A stretch of 64,000 nt of DNA from an uncultured Alphaproteobacteria bacterium (GTDB taxonomy: Bacteria > Pseudomonadota > Alphaproteobacteria > UBA9655), in assembly GCA_964605015.1 (NCBI GenBank), contig CAZSAH010000001.1:55168-119167 (forward strand). The letters are read 5' to 3'. Position numbers and translations under genes: made by a program. The notes below the pieces were generated by a model, which saw only the letters and a program-made list of their open reading frames with translations, was not told where the DNA came from and did no database searches. Shown one piece after another: positions 62,832 to 64,000 of the stretch (position 1 is the stretch's first letter; every line of letters starts with the position of its first letter).

Positions 62832-63884
62832 ATGTCAAGAATAATTAAATATGTTGAAGCCCTCAATGAGGCACAAGATCTTTGCATGGAAAAAGATCCA
62901 AGTGTATTTTTGTTAGGATTAGGAATATCTGATCCTGCGGCAATTTTTGGATCTACACGAAATCTTTATGAAAAGTATGGCGAAAAAAGAGTCGTGGATA
63001 TGCCTGTTTCTGAGAATGCCATGACAGGTGTTGCGTTGGGAACGGCTCTTTCTGGAATGCGTCCTGTTATGACTCATATTAGGCTTGAGTTTGCTCTTTT
63101 GGCCATTGATCAAATTGTTAATCAGGCCGCGAAGTGGCACTATATGTTTGGGGGCAGAGCTTCCGTCCCTATGGTTATTCGATTGATCGTTGGTCGAGGA
63201 TGGGGGCAAGGAGCTCAACACTCTCAAAGTTTACATACTTGGTTTGCTCATGTCCCTGGACTAAAGGTTATCGTTCCTTCAACACCTTATGATGCTAAAG
63301 GTCTTTTAATTTCTGCTATAGAAGACAACAATCCGGTTATTTGTATCGAACATCGATGGCTTTATAATATAACGGGAGAGGTTCCGGAAGGGGTTTATAG
63401 AGTCTCTCTTGAAGAGCCAAACATTGTTCGAGAAGGAAAGGACATTACTATTGTTGCTTCTTCTTATACAACAATTGAAGCCTTAGAAGCTGTTTCTGAG
63501 CTAGAGAAAGAGGGAATCAGTTGCGAACTTATCGACCTTAGAATATTAAACCCTTTAAATGATGAAAAAATACTGCAATCTGTTAGAAAAACAGGCAATT
63601 TAATTGTCCTTGATATGGGTTGGAAGTCTGCTGGATTTTCAGGGGAAATTATAGCGCGGGTTGTAGAAAAAAGTAAAACAGCCTTAAAAAATCCTCCTGT
63701 TCGTATCACTCTTCCTGACGTTCCAACACCCACTTCTCGTGCTCTTTCAAATTATTATTATCCCTCCCCTTCCGATATTGCTAATGCTGCGCGTCTTATG
63801 ATGGGAAAACCCACTAAGTTACATGAGATTAAGCCAGAATCCTTTTTAGATGTTCCTCACTTCGGCTTTACAGGACCCTTTTAA
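62832..63884 (+). CDS. E1 beta-like (transketolase-type pyrimidine-binding and C-terminal domains) subunit
   Basis: VVDMPVSENAMTGVALGTALSGMRPV and a C-terminal CELIDLRILNPL pattern typical of E1 beta. 350 aa. Confidence 0.85.
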   Translation: MSRIIKYVEALNEAQDLCMEKDPSVFLLGLGISDPAAIFGSTRNLYEKYGEKRVVDMPVSENAMTGVALGTALSGMRPVMTHIRLEFALLAIDQIVNQAAKWHYMFGGRASVPMVIRLIVGRGWGQGAQHSQSLHTWFAHVPGLKVIVPSTPYDAKGLLISAIEDNNPVICIEHRWLYNITGEVPEGVYRVSLEEPNIVREGKDITIVASSYTTIEALEAVSELEKEGISCELIDLRILNPLNDEKILQSVRKTGNLIVLDMGWKSAGFSGEIIARVVEKSKTALKNPPVRITLPDVPTPTSRALSNYYYPSPSDIANAARLMMGKPTKLHEIKPESFLDVPHFGFTGPF

Positions 63885-63903
63885 GTCTTATGAGGGAAGA
63901 AAA

Positions 63904-64000
63904 ATGACAGAAAAAACAGTTTCTGTTATCATTCCCAATTATAACCATGCTCATTTTTTAGAAAGGGCTCTTCAGCCTTATCTCTTACAAACTCGGCCTC
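63904..64000 (+). CDS. Glycosyltransferase family 2, 3' end outside the window
   Basis: MTEKTVSVIIPNYNHAHFLERAL is a typical GT2 N-terminus. Truncated by the window edge. Confidence 0.7.
   Translation, partial: MTEKTVSVIIPNYNHAHFLERALQPYLLQTRP

Overview
The window reads as a chromosomal segment of an alphaproteobacterium-like genome. Support: phaC-phaA/phaB/phasin genes, a dusB...ntrY-ntrX neighbourhood, and RcGTA-type HK97 head genes. Dense TTGTCAT-hairpin-ATC palindromic repeats and several orphan secreted proteins suggest a host-associated or intracellular lineage, but the taxon is inference only. There are four blocks. (1) 1-6.4 kb: PHB metabolism (phaC truncated by the window edge, phaA, an SDR, fabI, phaB, phasin) and rpmB. 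(2) 6.7-20.3 kb: a degraded phage/GTA-derived region. It holds an orphan secreted methyltransferase-like gene, an endolysin-holin cassette, three unknown phage-side proteins and an EamA transporter. It also holds a head module (portal, prohead protease, major capsid, connector, head-closure, DUF3168-like) with no terminase, tape measure or recognisable tail tube in the window. Two junctions of that head module are interrupted by antisense, AT-rich insertions encoding small secreted Cys-containing proteins. The most unusual item in the window is a pair of paralogous mini-proteins at 18339-19082 with about 26% Cys. (3) 20.4-28.2 kb: an orphan membrane/small-protein islet bounded by hairpin repeats, then xthA, dusB, a stand-alone Fis-type HTH gene where alphaproteobacteria usually carry ntrBC, then ntrY and ntrX. 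(4) 28.4-64 kb: a visibly AT-richer glycan (O-antigen/capsule-type) island with three nucleotide-sugar routes. These are GDP-mannose/6-deoxy, CDP-glucose/6-deoxy with C-methylation, and a sedoheptulose-7-P-type heptose route with TPP-dependent E1 alpha/beta enzymes. The island is split by a 3.9-kb cassette bounded by ~85-bp direct repeats. All family calls come from motif recognition by eye on the supplied translations; no database search or computation beyond hand counting was possible.
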